Shown: positions 18,846-29,519, counted from the first letter of the stretch. The stretch is 45,374 nucleotides of DNA from Bacillota bacterium (GCA_022717655.1 JAIIAN010000001.1:1-45374), one strand, 5' to 3'. The notes: generated from the letters alone by a model not told the origin. Numbers and translations: made by a program.

Positions 18846-20816
18846 TTAGCAGATTTCTGCGCCTGCCGGCATCTCTTTATCTGGTGTCATTAATGCCAAT
18901 GTGCCATTTTCATCTTCTGCACATAACAGCATGCCTTCAGAAAGCACACCTGCAAGTTTTGCCGGTTTTAAGTTTACCAGCACCATTACTTTCTTTCCAA
19001 CCATATCTTCCGGTTTGTAATTGGATTTGATTCCAGATACAATCTGTTTTACCTGATTTCCGATTTTTACCTGAGAGCAAAGCAGTTTCTTTGATTTCTT
19101 CACTTCTTCGCAGGCAATAATTTCGCCTACCTGGAACTGCATTTTCATGAAATCATCAAAGGTAATTTCTGGTTTTGCTTCGATTTCAATCACCGGTGCT
19201 TCTTCTTTCTTTTCTTCTGTTTTTCCAGCTTTTTCAGCTTCTTCTTTCTTCATTGCCTCTACTTTTTCCATTACTTCTTTAATGTCAAGACGAGCAAAGA
19301 GAATTTCCGGTTTTTCTGTCACTTTGTTTCCTGCCGGATATAAGCCAAAGGTATCGAGTTCTTCATAAGTTCTCTTTGGTGCATTTAACTGAGCTAAAAT
19401 CTTTTCTGTTGTTTCCGGCATAAAGGATTCGAGTAAAGAAGCTCCGATGCAGATACCTTCTACCAGATTGTAGAGTACTTCTGCAAGACGGTCTTTTTTC
19501 TCTTCTTCTTTTGCAAGTGCCCATGGCATTGTCTCATCAATGTATTTATTACAACGTTTAAACAGAGTAAAGATTTCTGTGATTGCATCTGCAACTCGCA
19601 GTTCTTCCATCTTGTCTGCAACTTTTTTCTTTGTTCCAAGTACAACTGCTTTTAATTCTTCGTCAACCGTTTCTGTCACACCTGTACTTCTTACTTCTCC
19701 GCCAAAATATTTATTGGACATGGAAATGGTACGATTTACAAGGTTTCCAAGGGTATTTGCCAGTTCGGAATTTAAACGTTCTACCATTAATTCCCATGTA
19801 ATCACACCATCATTTTCAAATGGCATTTCATGCAGTACAAAGTAACGAACTGCATCTACTCCAAAGAAATCAACTAACTGGTCTGCATAAATGACATTTC
19901 CTTTGGATTTACTCATTTTTCCATCGCCCTGAAGCAGCCACGGATGTCCAAATACCTGTTTTGGAAGTGGTAAATCAAGTGCCATTAAGAAAATCGGCCA
20001 GTAAATCGTATGGAAACGGATGATATCTTTTCCAATCAGATGTAAATCTGCCGGCCAGTCTTTCTTAAACTGCTCTGTGCTGTTTCCATCGCAGTCATAA
20101 CCGATTCCTGTAATATAGTTTGTCAGAGCGTCTAACCATACATAAACAACGTGTTTCGGGTCAAAGTCAACCGGAATCCCCCATTTGAAAGAAGTTCTGG
20201 AAACACAAAGATCCTGAAGTCCCGGAAGCAGGAAGTTGTTCATCATTTCATTTTTTCTGGAAACCGGCTGAATAAATTCCGGATGCTCGTTAATGTATTC
20301 AATCAGTCTCGGTGCATATTTACTCATTTTAAAGAAATAAGCTTCTTCTTTTGCCGGTGTAACCGGACGTCCACAGTCCGGACATTTTCCATCGACTAAT
20401 TGAGATTCGGTAAAGAAAGATTCACAAGGAGTACAGTACATTCCTTCATAGTATCCTTTGTAGATATCTCCCTGGTCGTACAGTTTTTTGAAGATTTTCT
20501 GAACCTGTTTTTCATGGTCCGCATCTGTTGTACGGATAAATTTATCATAAGAAGTATTCATTAAATCCCAGATAGATTTAATTTCGCCAGATACTTTATC
20601 AACAAATTCTTTACAGGTTACGCCTGCTTCTTCTGCCTTTAACTCAATTTTCTGTCCATGTTCATCTGTACCGGTCTGGAAGAATACATCGTATCCCTGC
20701 TGTCTTTTAAATCTTGCAATACTGTCTGCAAGTACTGCTTCATAAGTATTTCCAATATGCGGTTTGCCGGAAGTATAGGCAATCGCTGTGGTAATATAAT
20801 ATTTTTTCTTATCCAT
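18846..20816 (-). CDS. metG: Methionine--tRNA ligase with a C-terminal tRNA-binding (Trbp111-like) domain
   Basis: YITTAIAY..PHIGN, GTDEHG, CTPCE...CPDC, KMSKS, SEGMLL; start at ATG 20816 (RBS AAAGGAG). Confidence 0.98.
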   Translation of the reverse strand: MDKKKYYITTAIAYTSGKPHIGNTYEAVLADSIARFKRQQGYDVFFQTGTDEHGQKIELKAEEAGVTCKEFVDKVSGEIKSIWDLMNTSYDKFIRTTDADHEKQVQKIFKKLYDQGDIYKGYYEGMYCTPCESFFTESQLVDGKCPDCGRPVTPAKEEAYFFKMSKYAPRLIEYINEHPEFIQPVSRKNEMMNNFLLPGLQDLCVSRTSFKWGIPVDFDPKHVVYVWLDALTNYITGIGYDCDGNSTEQFKKDWPADLHLIGKDIIRFHTIYWPIFLMALDLPLPKQVFGHPWLLQGDGKMSKSKGNVIYADQLVDFFGVDAVRYFVLHEMPFENDGVITWELMVERLNSELANTLGNLVNRTISMSNKYFGGEVRSTGVTETVDEELKAVVLGTKKKVADKMEELRVADAITEIFTLFKRCNKYIDETMPWALAKEEEKKDRLAEVLYNLVEGICIGASLLESFMPETTEKILAQLNAPKRTYEELDTFGLYPAGNKVTEKPEILFARLDIKEVMEKVEAMKKEEAEKAGKTEEKKEEAPVIEIEAKPEITFDDFMKMQFQVGEIIACEEVKKSKKLLCSQVKIGNQVKQIVSGIKSNYKPEDMVGKKVMVLVNLKPAKLAGVLSEGMLLCAEDENGTLALMTPDKEMPAGAEIC

Positions 20817-20890
20817 GATTTTTTTCTCTCCTTTACTTTTTTGTTTAACGAGTTTCTTTTGATTCTTATGACGAAGTTTCCTATAAATCA

Positions 20891-21185
20891 AAAAAGCTCA
20901 TCTTCTTCATTCTGATTCCTTTCAGAACGAAAGAAGACGAGCTGTATACCCGTGTTACCACTTCTTTTTATCTCAGCCTCACAGCCAAGACCTTAATGGG
21001 TGCTTTCACACCGCCTCCGCTATAACAGGCGGAACCTGTTGCAGCCTTACCTGATTTTACTAAATTACAGGTTCGGTGCACCTCTCAGGAGCCATCTTCC
21101 CCAAAGTTTTCTTCATTCCTCTCAGCCACTGGAATTTCTCTGTAAAAGAAAAGCAATGCGTACTCTCTCCGTCATTGTGTTTGTC
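20891..21185 (-). ncRNA. T-box riboswitch (Met) controlling metG
   Basis: Minus strand: AGTA, ACAGAGA, GGCTGA, specifier GAAG-ATG-G (21095-21093), T-box AAGAAGTGGTAACACG (20966-20951), terminator AGCTCGTCTTCTT...AAGAAGATGAGCTTTTT. Confidence 0.93.
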
Positions 21186-21195
21186 ATCTTTTTAG

Positions 21196-21224
21196 AGACT
21201 AACACATTTTTCTGATTTTGTAAA
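21196..21224 (-). promoter_or_regulatory. Putative sigma-A promoter of the metG leader
   Basis: TTTACA-17 nt-TAGTCT with an extended TG, immediately 5' of the T-box. Confidence 0.6.
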
Positions 21225-21237
21225 GGTAGCAGATGCA

Positions 21238-21465
21238 TTATCCAACCGCATATTTCTGCACAACAGTATCAAATTTTTCATTCTGTGCTTCATAGATGAC
21301 ACAAAGTTCTTCCTGCCAGTTCACACTCAACATTCCGAGAATCGATTTTGCATCAATTGTAATTCTTCCGCTTACCACGTCGATATCAAACGGGCAATTA
21401 CAGGCTGCTCCTACAAATTCTTTAATTTCTTCTACTGTTTTAAAGGATATGATTTGCTCTTTCAT
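21238..21465 (-). CDS. HPr-family protein lacking the His15 motif
   Basis: IDAKSILGM Ser46 motif present; no GLHARP; RBS GGAGGAG; own promoter TTGCAT-17-TATCAT (21552-21524). Confidence 0.8.
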   Translation of the reverse strand: MKEQIISFKTVEEIKEFVGAACNCPFDIDVVSGRITIDAKSILGMLSVNWQEELCVIYEAQNEKFDTVVQKYAVG

Positions 21466-21564
21466 GGTATACTCCTCCGCTTTTCTTATGCTCGTTAATT
21501 TTTTGTCGATTGTTGTTATTAGGATGATATACCAAAATTAAGAAAAATGCAATGTGTAATTTTT

Positions 21565-23628
21565 TTAGATTTCGTAGATTCGATACACTTTTGTCTCATA
21601 CTCTTTCAATGTCACACTGCCCTGTACTTCATCTTTTGTATCCATATCCATAACCGGCTGTTCTAAAACAATGTGCTGAGGTTCATCACTATAATTTAAG
21701 ATAAACAGATATTTTCTGCCTTCTTTTTCTCTCACTGCAAGTTCACAGCACTCCGGAATCTCTGCCAAATCAGCATAAGGTTCAAGCACACCTGTATAAG
21801 AAAGCAGTTCTTTCACATTCTCTCTTGTAAATGTTCCACCAAAGTGGAGAACCTTTCCTTTTCCACAAGGGGTTTCAACTAATGCCGGACGGCCTTCATA
21901 ATAATTATTTTCATATTTTGCAAGTATTTTTGCTTCCAGACTTGTTGTTGCAAGAATGTCGTTAAACAGACCGGTATCAATTTCTTTTTCATTCCATTTC
22001 ATTGTTACGGTGTCATCTGCAGGTCCTACAAAGGTAAATTCTTTGACATCGGAAGCACTGACATTAGAAAGCAGACCTGGCATTGGAGTCATTACGCATT
22101 TTCCATTGATTTCTTTTTGACCGGTACGACTTCCAATAATCAGGCATCCTCCTGCCTCTACATAAACTTTTAAAAGTTCTGCCCGTTTTTCAGTCAAAAT
22201 CAGGGCATGTGGATAAATCAGAACCGGATATTTTAATAATTCTTCCGCCTCTGTACTGTCTAACAGATAAACAACATCCATCGGTGTATGATTTATCTGA
22301 GACGCCACAAAAATTTCTTTCTCACTCTTCTTTGCAAGACGGCTGTGCCATACATCTACCTGAGAATCCCAGATATTATCATAATCACGAACCATTGCAA
22401 ACGCAGATTGATAGTCTGCACCTGCTATTTCAGAAATTGCTTTTGTACGATTCCAGATTCGATGTACTTCTGCGAGTTTGCGGTTATCACGATTATCGTA
22501 ATCCAAAATGCCATGCCAGTAGATTTCTGTTCCCATCGTTGCCGTTCTCCAGCGGAAGAAGCTCACGTAATCTGCTCCATGTGCAATACTCTGCATTGCC
22601 CAAAGCATCATCTGTCCTGGTTTTGGTGCTGGTGCTTCCATGCGGGTGTTCCATCCATTTGCTCCGGACTGCTGTTCCATAATTCCAAAATGCGGGCAGA
22701 TAGAGCGCACTTCGGTAAGATTTCTGCTCCATTTTCTATCATTCAAATCATCCGAATGTTTCGGGTCTTCAATCAGGCAGTACGCAAAATTTGGATACGA
22801 ATCATAAGTATACACATCCAGACATTCATCTTCCATTTTGTGATTATCCAGATTTCCAAACATACCATTTGTGGTAATAAAATCTTCCGGCTTTTTGTAT
22901 TTACGGATAATATCACTCTGCATTTTGCAGAAACGAATTGCACTTTCTGATACAAAACGGGTATAATCCAGCACCTGATGTGGATTAGTAGAATCATGAA
23001 TCGTTGTTCTTGGAACATAAATCTGTTCCCAGTCTGTATAAGTCTGATTCCAGAATACCGTTCCCCATGCTTCATTTAAGGCATCTAAAGTCTGATATTT
23101 TTCTTTTACAAACTCACGAAATGCAAGCGTATCACTCTCGGAATAAAATTCATTTACCTCGCAGTTGATTTCATTATCAATCTGCCATCCCACAATTGCC
23201 GGATGCTTTGCATAATGAGAAGCAATCTTTTCTACAATTCTCTTACACAGTTCCTGATACTTTGGAGAATTGTAATTATAATGACGGCGCATGCCATGAT
23301 AAAATGGAGTTCCATCCAAACGGCAGTTTAATACTTCCGGATATTTCTCTGTCAGCCATGCCGGTGGAGTAGCCGTTGGTGTGCCAAAGATTACTTTCAT
23401 ATTAGCTTCTTTTGCCACTTCTAAAAATTCATCAAAGAACCCATAAGTAAAAACACCCTCTTCCGGCTCTACCTTACTCCATGCAAACTCTGCAATACGG
23501 ATGGTAAAAATCCCATTTTCTTTCATCCGTCTTAAATCATCTCTCCAGAGTTTTTTATCCCAGTGTTCTGGATAATAGCAAGTTCCAAGTGATAATTCGT
23601 CCCATTTAAAGTTTTGTTGTTTGCGCAT
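21565..23628 (-). CDS. Beta-galactosidase, GH42 family
   Basis: CYYPEHW, AEFAWS.VEP, TPTATPPAW, WQIDNE (acid/base), IMEQQSG (nucleophile), FFRWR. Start at ATG 23628 (RBS AGGAGG), overlapping the kinase 3' end. Confidence 0.93.
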   Translation of the reverse strand: MRKQQNFKWDELSLGTCYYPEHWDKKLWRDDLRRMKENGIFTIRIAEFAWSKVEPEEGVFTYGFFDEFLEVAKEANMKVIFGTPTATPPAWLTEKYPEVLNCRLDGTPFYHGMRRHYNYNSPKYQELCKRIVEKIASHYAKHPAIVGWQIDNEINCEVNEFYSESDTLAFREFVKEKYQTLDALNEAWGTVFWNQTYTDWEQIYVPRTTIHDSTNPHQVLDYTRFVSESAIRFCKMQSDIIRKYKKPEDFITTNGMFGNLDNHKMEDECLDVYTYDSYPNFAYCLIEDPKHSDDLNDRKWSRNLTEVRSICPHFGIMEQQSGANGWNTRMEAPAPKPGQMMLWAMQSIAHGADYVSFFRWRTATMGTEIYWHGILDYDNRDNRKLAEVHRIWNRTKAISEIAGADYQSAFAMVRDYDNIWDSQVDVWHSRLAKKSEKEIFVASQINHTPMDVVYLLDSTEAEELLKYPVLIYPHALILTEKRAELLKVYVEAGGCLIIGSRTGQKEINGKCVMTPMPGLLSNVSASDVKEFTFVGPADDTVTMKWNEKEIDTGLFNDILATTSLEAKILAKYENNYYEGRPALVETPCGKGKVLHFGGTFTRENVKELLSYTGVLEPYADLAEIPECCELAVREKEGRKYLFILNYSDEPQHIVLEQPVMDMDTKDEVQGSVTLKEYETKVYRIYEI

Positions 23629-25387
23629 GTTGCTTTTCCTCCTGTACCCCATTCTTTTTCATGGGTAGTGTAAAACTGATTTTTGTTCCCTTATCTTTTT
23701 TTCCTTCTATCACAAGTCTGCTTTCTTCTCCATAAGAAAGTATCAGCCTCCGATATACATTTTTTAATCCAATATTTTTCTTTGTGTCATTCAATTCACA
23801 CTGCTCATACAAGGTGTGAATTTCTTCCTCTGTCATACCAACCCCATCATCTTCCACACAAAACCAAAGCACATCTGTTCTTTGATGGATTCTAAGCCAG
23901 AGCGTACCACTTTCCACCTTTGGCTCTAAGCCATGAATAATTGCATTTTCAATTAATGGCTGTAAAATAAAATTTGGAACTTCAATTGGATAAGCTTTTT
24001 CGTCAATATCATAAACAACTTCTATCTTATCTCCAAAACGTGTCTTTTGAATAAATAGATAGTCTTTTACTGTTTTTATCTCTTCTTCAAGCGGAATAAA
24101 GCGGTCTTTTTTTATCGTTGCCCGAAGCAAATCACCAAGCGCAATGCTTAAATCTGAAATCTCATCATTCCCCTGTGCAATTGCTGCCCAGCTAATCGTA
24201 TCCAGAGTATTATATAGAAAATGTGGATTAATCTGCATACATAAGAAATCTATTTCCGCCTGCTTCTGCATAATTTCCATCTTATACACTTTTTCAATCA
24301 AAGTTTCGATATTCTCCGCCATCCGATTATATTCACTGCCAATCTGCCCAATTTCATCCTGTGTAGTAACTTCTACTCTGTGAGAAAGATTTCCTTTTCC
24401 AAAAAGCTTCATACTTTCCAACAAATCCTGTGTCGGCTTTGTAATATGCTTTGTCAAAATACTAATTGCCACAAAACTCAAGAATAAAATTCCTAAAAGA
24501 AACAAAAGAGTAACTAACATAACATAATTGGTATTTCGATAAAACTCTTTTACAGAAACAGTTTCTACCAGCGTCCAGCCATTCGACATTTCATTTCCAA
24601 CATAGTAAAATACATTCGTATTATTTAAGATATCATATCTCGAATCATTCGTACTTCTAAGTCGTTCAATCTCTCCTGGAAACTCATTTCCAAGATATTT
24701 TTCATGATTTGTGACGACTATCTTTTTATTCTTATCTACTACATAAGATGCTCCCGAATATTCTGTTGAATTGTCTTTCACAATATCTGCAAAATATTCT
24801 CTCTCGTAGACCAGGTTGATATATCCAATTGGCTTCATCGTATTCAGATTCAAAATTGCCTTTGCCACACAGATATCATCATCTGGTCCTACCAGCCCCC
24901 ATAAGGTTGTTCCATTTGCCTTATAAATTTCTTCCTCTGAAAAACCAAAATCGATTCCTCGTGGAGTTACTTTATTTACTGAAAAAACAGTTCCCTCAAG
25001 AGAAACCACACTCATAGAAACAATATCAAAACTTGATAATGCATGTGGCTCTAATTCCCTCTCAATAATATGACTCACATTTCTTATCTCATAGGAATCC
25101 AATTTTGACTCATTCACAACTTGAAGTTCTTTTTGTATCACTGAATTTGATAAAATCTGAATATTAATATCTTCAATATCTGTAATCTGTCGTTCCAGAT
25201 TATTGGTTGTCTGTTTTGTCACATCACTCAAATATACCCTGGAAATCTTACCATACCCATACCGGTAAACGGATGCTGAAAAAATAGAAATCACAAGCCC
25301 CGACGTTATAATTAAAAACACAAATACTAATATCATTTTCTTTCTGAGACTGGTTGGCTTCTTCAAATATTTCTTCAGCTTTTCCAT
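23606..25387 (-). CDS. YesM-like sensor histidine kinase (Cache-HAMP-His_kinase-HATPase)
   Basis: Two TM segments, DEIGQIG..YNRM, QINPHFLYNTL, LQPLIENAIIHG, DDGVG, IGLKNV. Confidence 0.95.
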   Translation of the reverse strand: MEKLKKYLKKPTSLRKKMILVFVFLIITSGLVISIFSASVYRYGYGKISRVYLSDVTKQTTNNLERQITDIEDINIQILSNSVIQKELQVVNESKLDSYEIRNVSHIIERELEPHALSSFDIVSMSVVSLEGTVFSVNKVTPRGIDFGFSEEEIYKANGTTLWGLVGPDDDICVAKAILNLNTMKPIGYINLVYEREYFADIVKDNSTEYSGASYVVDKNKKIVVTNHEKYLGNEFPGEIERLRSTNDSRYDILNNTNVFYYVGNEMSNGWTLVETVSVKEFYRNTNYVMLVTLLFLLGILFLSFVAISILTKHITKPTQDLLESMKLFGKGNLSHRVEVTTQDEIGQIGSEYNRMAENIETLIEKVYKMEIMQKQAEIDFLCMQINPHFLYNTLDTISWAAIAQGNDEISDLSIALGDLLRATIKKDRFIPLEEEIKTVKDYLFIQKTRFGDKIEVVYDIDEKAYPIEVPNFILQPLIENAIIHGLEPKVESGTLWLRIHQRTDVLWFCVEDDGVGMTEEEIHTLYEQCELNDTKKNIGLKNVYRRLILSYGEESRLVIEGKKDKGTKISFTLPMKKNGVQEEKQHAQTTKL

Positions 25388-25418
25388 TTACTCACACTCC
25401 TGTTCCCTATTCTATTTT

Positions 25419-26255
25419 CTATTTTGTATTTTCTTTTATCATTTCAAGAATTGTTTTTATCCGATAAGTTTTATGTTCCTCACTATTCTTTCTAAATTCT
25501 CCTGGACTACATCCAAATACCTTTTTAAATACCTGACTGAAATATCTCGAATCCCGAAAACCTGCTTTCTCACAAACCAATCCAATCTTCACATTATCTT
25601 CCTGCAAAAGCCAGACCGCTTCTGTCAGTCTCATGCTGTTTAAAATTTCGCTAAATGAATATCCTGTTTCTTTTTTTATCATCCTTGAGAGATACGCTAC
25701 TGAAAAATGATATTTTTCTGCGATTGAGTTTAAACTGATATCCTGTGTAAAACTAGATGACATATCTTGAAGAATGTTCATGGTCTGCTCATTTACATTT
25801 CCAAAGTGATGGTAAATCTGGTCCCCAAGATTCACAGAATCTGCCTGTGTCTCATATTCTCTGACCACTTTTTCCTGATATCTTCGCTGTTTTAATCGAG
25901 TCATAACACTAGAAACTGTATTCATAATGTCTTTTGGATGAATCGGCTTAAGCATATAATCAAATACTTCATTACGAATTGCCTGCTGCGCAAATGTAAA
26001 ATCTGAAAATCCAGTTAAAAGAATTACCGCCATATCTAAATTGTATTCTTTTACATATTCTGAAAGCTGGAGTCCCGTCATTCCTGGCATTTTAATATCA
26101 CTTATCACAATATCCACATTATCTTTTTGTAAAATTTCTTTTGCAACAATTCCATTTTCAGCTTCATAGACTTCTTCTATGCCGATTTTTTTCCAAGGCA
26201 GTGAAAGCAGTCCTTTTCGGATTGTAACTTCATCATCTGCAATCAGTAAATTCAT
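25419..26255 (-). CDS. YesN-like response regulator (receiver + AraC HTH)
   Basis: LIADDE, DIKMPGMTGL, YMLKP, GFRDSRYFSQVFKK. Confidence 0.95.
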   Translation of the reverse strand: MNLLIADDEVTIRKGLLSLPWKKIGIEEVYEAENGIVAKEILQKDNVDIVISDIKMPGMTGLQLSEYVKEYNLDMAVILLTGFSDFTFAQQAIRNEVFDYMLKPIHPKDIMNTVSSVMTRLKQRRYQEKVVREYETQADSVNLGDQIYHHFGNVNEQTMNILQDMSSSFTQDISLNSIAEKYHFSVAYLSRMIKKETGYSFSEILNSMRLTEAVWLLQEDNVKIGLVCEKAGFRDSRYFSQVFKKVFGCSPGEFRKNSEEHKTYRIKTILEMIKENTK

Positions 26256-26386
26256 CTTAAACTTCTCTCTCCTTTATCTCCTGTGCAACAGCAAAGTTTC
26301 CGTTGTCCGGTGGACCTTATAGTCTACCTGGCTATCTAATATAGCGTAAATTAACCAGCTGATATATTGACGCTGTACCAGTTCCA

Positions 26387-27223
26387 TCAGCCTTTTACTG
26401 CACCGGCTACCATACCTTCCATAATGTGTTTATGTAACCAGATATAAACGATAATACTTGGAATAATTGTAATGATAACTGCCGCAATTTCCGCCACATA
26501 GTTTGTTGCATAGCGTCCCTGAAATTCTGTTAATCCGACCGGAAGTGTCATCTTTGAAGCATCTGTTAAGAAAATCTGTGGTAACAGCAGGTCATTCCAT
26601 ACATTGATAAATGTAACAACTGCTACTGTTACAATCGAGGACTTTGAAATCGGCATAATAATTTTAAAGAAAATCTGATAAATATTACATCCGTCCATAA
26701 CTGCTGCTTCTTCTAATTCCTTTGGCAGAGAACCCATGAAACCAGTCATAATAAAAATTGCCATTGGAAATGAAATTGCTATGTGCGGAATAATAACAGC
26801 CAGATGAGTATTTAAAAGTCCCATTTTATTGAACATAGAAAACAGCGGAACTACCATTGCATAAACTGGAATCATCATTCCAAGCATGAAAATTCTTAAA
26901 GTCAATTTTGAAAGTTTCCACTGCATCCTTGTAACTGCATAGGAAACCATACTGCTCAAAATAACAGAAACTAATACTGCTGATACTGCAATAATAACAG
27001 AGTTTCCAAAATACTGCAAAATATGACCTTCTGTAATTGCCTGTACATAGTTTGCAAGGCTAAAGCTTTCTGGAAGTCCCCACGGATTGGAATATAATTC
27101 AGAATTTGTTTTAAAAGAACTTAAAAACAGCCACACAAGCGGATATAAACATAATATAGTAAATAATCCAAGCGCAATATATTTAAGCACCAAAATCACT
27201 TTTTCTTTTGCTGATAATTTCAT
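26387..27223 (-). CDS. Carbohydrate ABC transporter permease (MalG-like)
   Basis: EAA loop ELEEAAVMDGC, WNDLL, MVAGAVKG. Confidence 0.95.
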   Translation of the reverse strand: MKLSAKEKVILVLKYIALGLFTILCLYPLVWLFLSSFKTNSELYSNPWGLPESFSLANYVQAITEGHILQYFGNSVIIAVSAVLVSVILSSMVSYAVTRMQWKLSKLTLRIFMLGMMIPVYAMVVPLFSMFNKMGLLNTHLAVIIPHIAISFPMAIFIMTGFMGSLPKELEEAAVMDGCNIYQIFFKIIMPISKSSIVTVAVVTFINVWNDLLLPQIFLTDASKMTLPVGLTEFQGRYATNYVAEIAAVIITIIPSIIVYIWLHKHIMEGMVAGAVKG

Positions 27224-27238
27224 CTTTCCGCCTCCTTT

Positions 27239-28120
27239 TTAATACTCAACTTTTTCAGAATGGAATACAACATTTGATATTAATACAGAACAAATGCAGA
27301 GAATTAAAAGAATCACACCAATTGCTGCTGAATATCCGTATTTTAAAGTACGGAATCCCTGATAAAACATATAAGTAGACATCAGTTCTGTTGCATGATT
27401 TGGACCACCACCTGTCATAACAGCTACCAAATCATAGTATTTTAAAGAACCAGTGATAATCAGTACCGCATCAATCTGAAGAATTGGTTTAATTAGTGGA
27501 AACGTAATACATTTAAACTGTACCCATCTGCTTGCTCCGTCAATCTCTGCGGCTTCATAGTAAGAAGTCGGAATATTTTTCATTGCTGCAATCTGGATAA
27601 TCATGTGATAACCAACAAACTGCCACATAACAACTACGATAATACATAACAGTGCAAGTTTTTTATCAGAAAGCCATACATGCTGAAGGCTTCCAAGACC
27701 GATTGCACCAAGCAGTTTATTTAAAAGACCAAATTCAGAGTTATAGATAAATGTCCATGTAAGACCAACCGCAACACCACAGATAACACTTGGCAGGAAA
27801 AATACGGTCTGGAAGAAATGACTTCCTTTTATTTTCTGGAATAAAATATTTCCAAAAAACAGTGCCAATGGCAGATGCGCAATCAAAGAACCAATTACCA
27901 TCAAAATATTATTTTTTAATGCACCGGTAAATGTGCTGTCTTTAAATAAGTTCACATAATTTTTTAATCCTACAAATTTACTCGGGCTCATTAAGTCTGT
28001 CTGTAAAAAGCTGACATAAATGTTATAGGCAATTGGTATCAGCACAAATGCTGCATAAATCAAAAATGCCGGAAGCACAAATACTGCAATACTTTTTTTA
28101 TTTCCCAGTACCTTATTCAT
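27239..28120 (-). CDS. Carbohydrate ABC transporter permease (MalF/UgpA-like)
   Basis: FVGLKNY, YYEAAEIDGAS, TGGGP, YGYSAA. Confidence 0.95.
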   Translation of the reverse strand: MNKVLGNKKSIAVFVLPAFLIYAAFVLIPIAYNIYVSFLQTDLMSPSKFVGLKNYVNLFKDSTFTGALKNNILMVIGSLIAHLPLALFFGNILFQKIKGSHFFQTVFFLPSVICGVAVGLTWTFIYNSEFGLLNKLLGAIGLGSLQHVWLSDKKLALLCIIVVVMWQFVGYHMIIQIAAMKNIPTSYYEAAEIDGASRWVQFKCITFPLIKPILQIDAVLIITGSLKYYDLVAVMTGGGPNHATELMSTYMFYQGFRTLKYGYSAAIGVILLILCICSVLISNVVFHSEKVEY

Positions 28121-28138
28121 ACTTTCATCCTCCTTTTA

Positions 28139-28176
28139 AAAAGAGCTGCCGCCTCAAAGCGACAGCCCTGCTTTTT
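28139..28176 (-). terminator. Stem-loop after the solute-binding protein gene (mRNA stabiliser or partial terminator)
   Basis: Minus strand GGGCTGTCGC-tttgag-GCGGCAGCTC-TTTT. Confidence 0.65.
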
Positions 28177-28211
28177 CTCTTATTTCTTTCATCTTAAGCA
28201 GATTCTTCTGC

Positions 28212-29519
28212 CTATCTGTCTGCGTTATCTTCCGCAAACTGCTGTAATGCATCAAATGCACTCTTGGCATCTTCTCCACCTAATACTGCAACACAGGTAT
28301 TATTAAATTCAACACCTTCTCCAGCACCAAACTGTCTGTCCCACCATGGAGTTAAACCAACCTGTGAATTGGAAATCTGTAAAACTTCTGACATCAGAGG
28401 AGTCACTTTGCTCTCATCAATCGGATAATTTCCAGCTGGAATTCTTCCATAATCATTTAAGAGCATTTCTTCGGATTCTTCAGAAGTCCAGTATTTTAAG
28501 AAAGCAACTGCTGCATCTTTATTCTTACAGCTTTCAGAAACTGCAAAACTGGTATCTACAGAACCAACTGAAATGTTACTGTACTGTTCATCATAAGCTG
28601 GTAATACAAATGCACCTGCATTTTCTCCAACATCACTCTTCTGTACTACATCAGCATCCCATGCACCCTGGAAATACATTGCTGTTTTTCCTGTTTTAAA
28701 TAATTCAGTAGATTCTTCCGGACCCATTCCGATATAACCCTCCTGGAAATAGCCTGCATCTGCCATTTTCTTTACTTCTTCTGCTGCCGCAATATTGGTA
28801 TCGTTATTCCAATTTTCTTTTCCGTCACAAATGTTATTAAACATTTCTGTACCTGCCATACCACCTGCAATCTGCTGTACAAACTGAGCTGGAATCCATG
28901 CATCACTTCCGCACATTGCCATCGGTGTTACCCCATTATCTTTTAAAGTCTGGCATACATCTAAAAATTCATCATAAGTAGTTGGTACTTCTACATTATT
29001 TTCTTCAAAAATCTGTTTATTATAGAACATCACACAAAGAGATTTCTGAGTTGGAACTCCATAATTTTTGCCATCATAGGAAAGCAAATCTAACGTTCCA
29101 TCAGAAAAACTGTTTTTCCAGTCTGCATCCTCTTCCAGATAAGAAGTAATATCTGCTACTTTTCCACCTTCTACAAATGGCTGAAGATAAGACAATTCCC
29201 AAGTAAAAAAGATATCCGGCACTGCATTAGATGCCATTAATGTTGTCAATTTTGTCTTATACTGTTCATTCTCATAAAAATCAATATTTACTGTTACACC
29301 GTACTCGTTGTTTTCAGAGAATTTTTCTGCAATAGATTTGTATGCATCAATATACGTATCTGCCTCTGTTCCAACGCACATTACATTGATTGTGTCTGAA
29401 CTTCCACCACTTTTTGAAGAATCAGAATTTCCACTGTCACTGCTTCCGCCTCCACATCCGGTCAGCATAGTTGCACCTGTTACTGCTGTGAGCAATACTG
29501 CCAATAATTTTCTTTTCAT
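28212..29519 (-). CDS. Carbohydrate ABC transporter solute-binding lipoprotein
   Basis: Lipobox MLTGC, Ser/Gly linker, VPDIF, YGVP, FYNKQIF, FKTGKTAMYFQGAW. Confidence 0.93.
   Translation of the reverse strand: MKRKLLAVLLTAVTGATMLTGCGGGSSDSGNSDSSKSGGSSDTINVMCVGTEADTYIDAYKSIAEKFSENNEYGVTVNIDFYENEQYKTKLTTLMASNAVPDIFFTWELSYLQPFVEGGKVADITSYLEEDADWKNSFSDGTLDLLSYDGKNYGVPTQKSLCVMFYNKQIFEENNVEVPTTYDEFLDVCQTLKDNGVTPMAMCGSDAWIPAQFVQQIAGGMAGTEMFNNICDGKENWNNDTNIAAAEEVKKMADAGYFQEGYIGMGPEESTELFKTGKTAMYFQGAWDADVVQKSDVGENAGAFVLPAYDEQYSNISVGSVDTSFAVSESCKNKDAAVAFLKYWTSEESEEMLLNDYGRIPAGNYPIDESKVTPLMSEVLQISNSQVGLTPWWDRQFGAGEGVEFNNTCVAVLGGEDAKSAFDALQQFAEDNADR

Noticed and set aside
22209..22950. Long plus-strand ORFs (157 aa, 220 aa)
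   Set aside because: Antisense shadows of GH42 with no recognisable motifs or RBS.
26256..26386. Possible self-cleaving ribozyme or riboswitch
   Set aside because: No hammerhead CUGANGA/GAAA core and no twister or pistol consensus recognisable by eye; kept only as a repeat motif.
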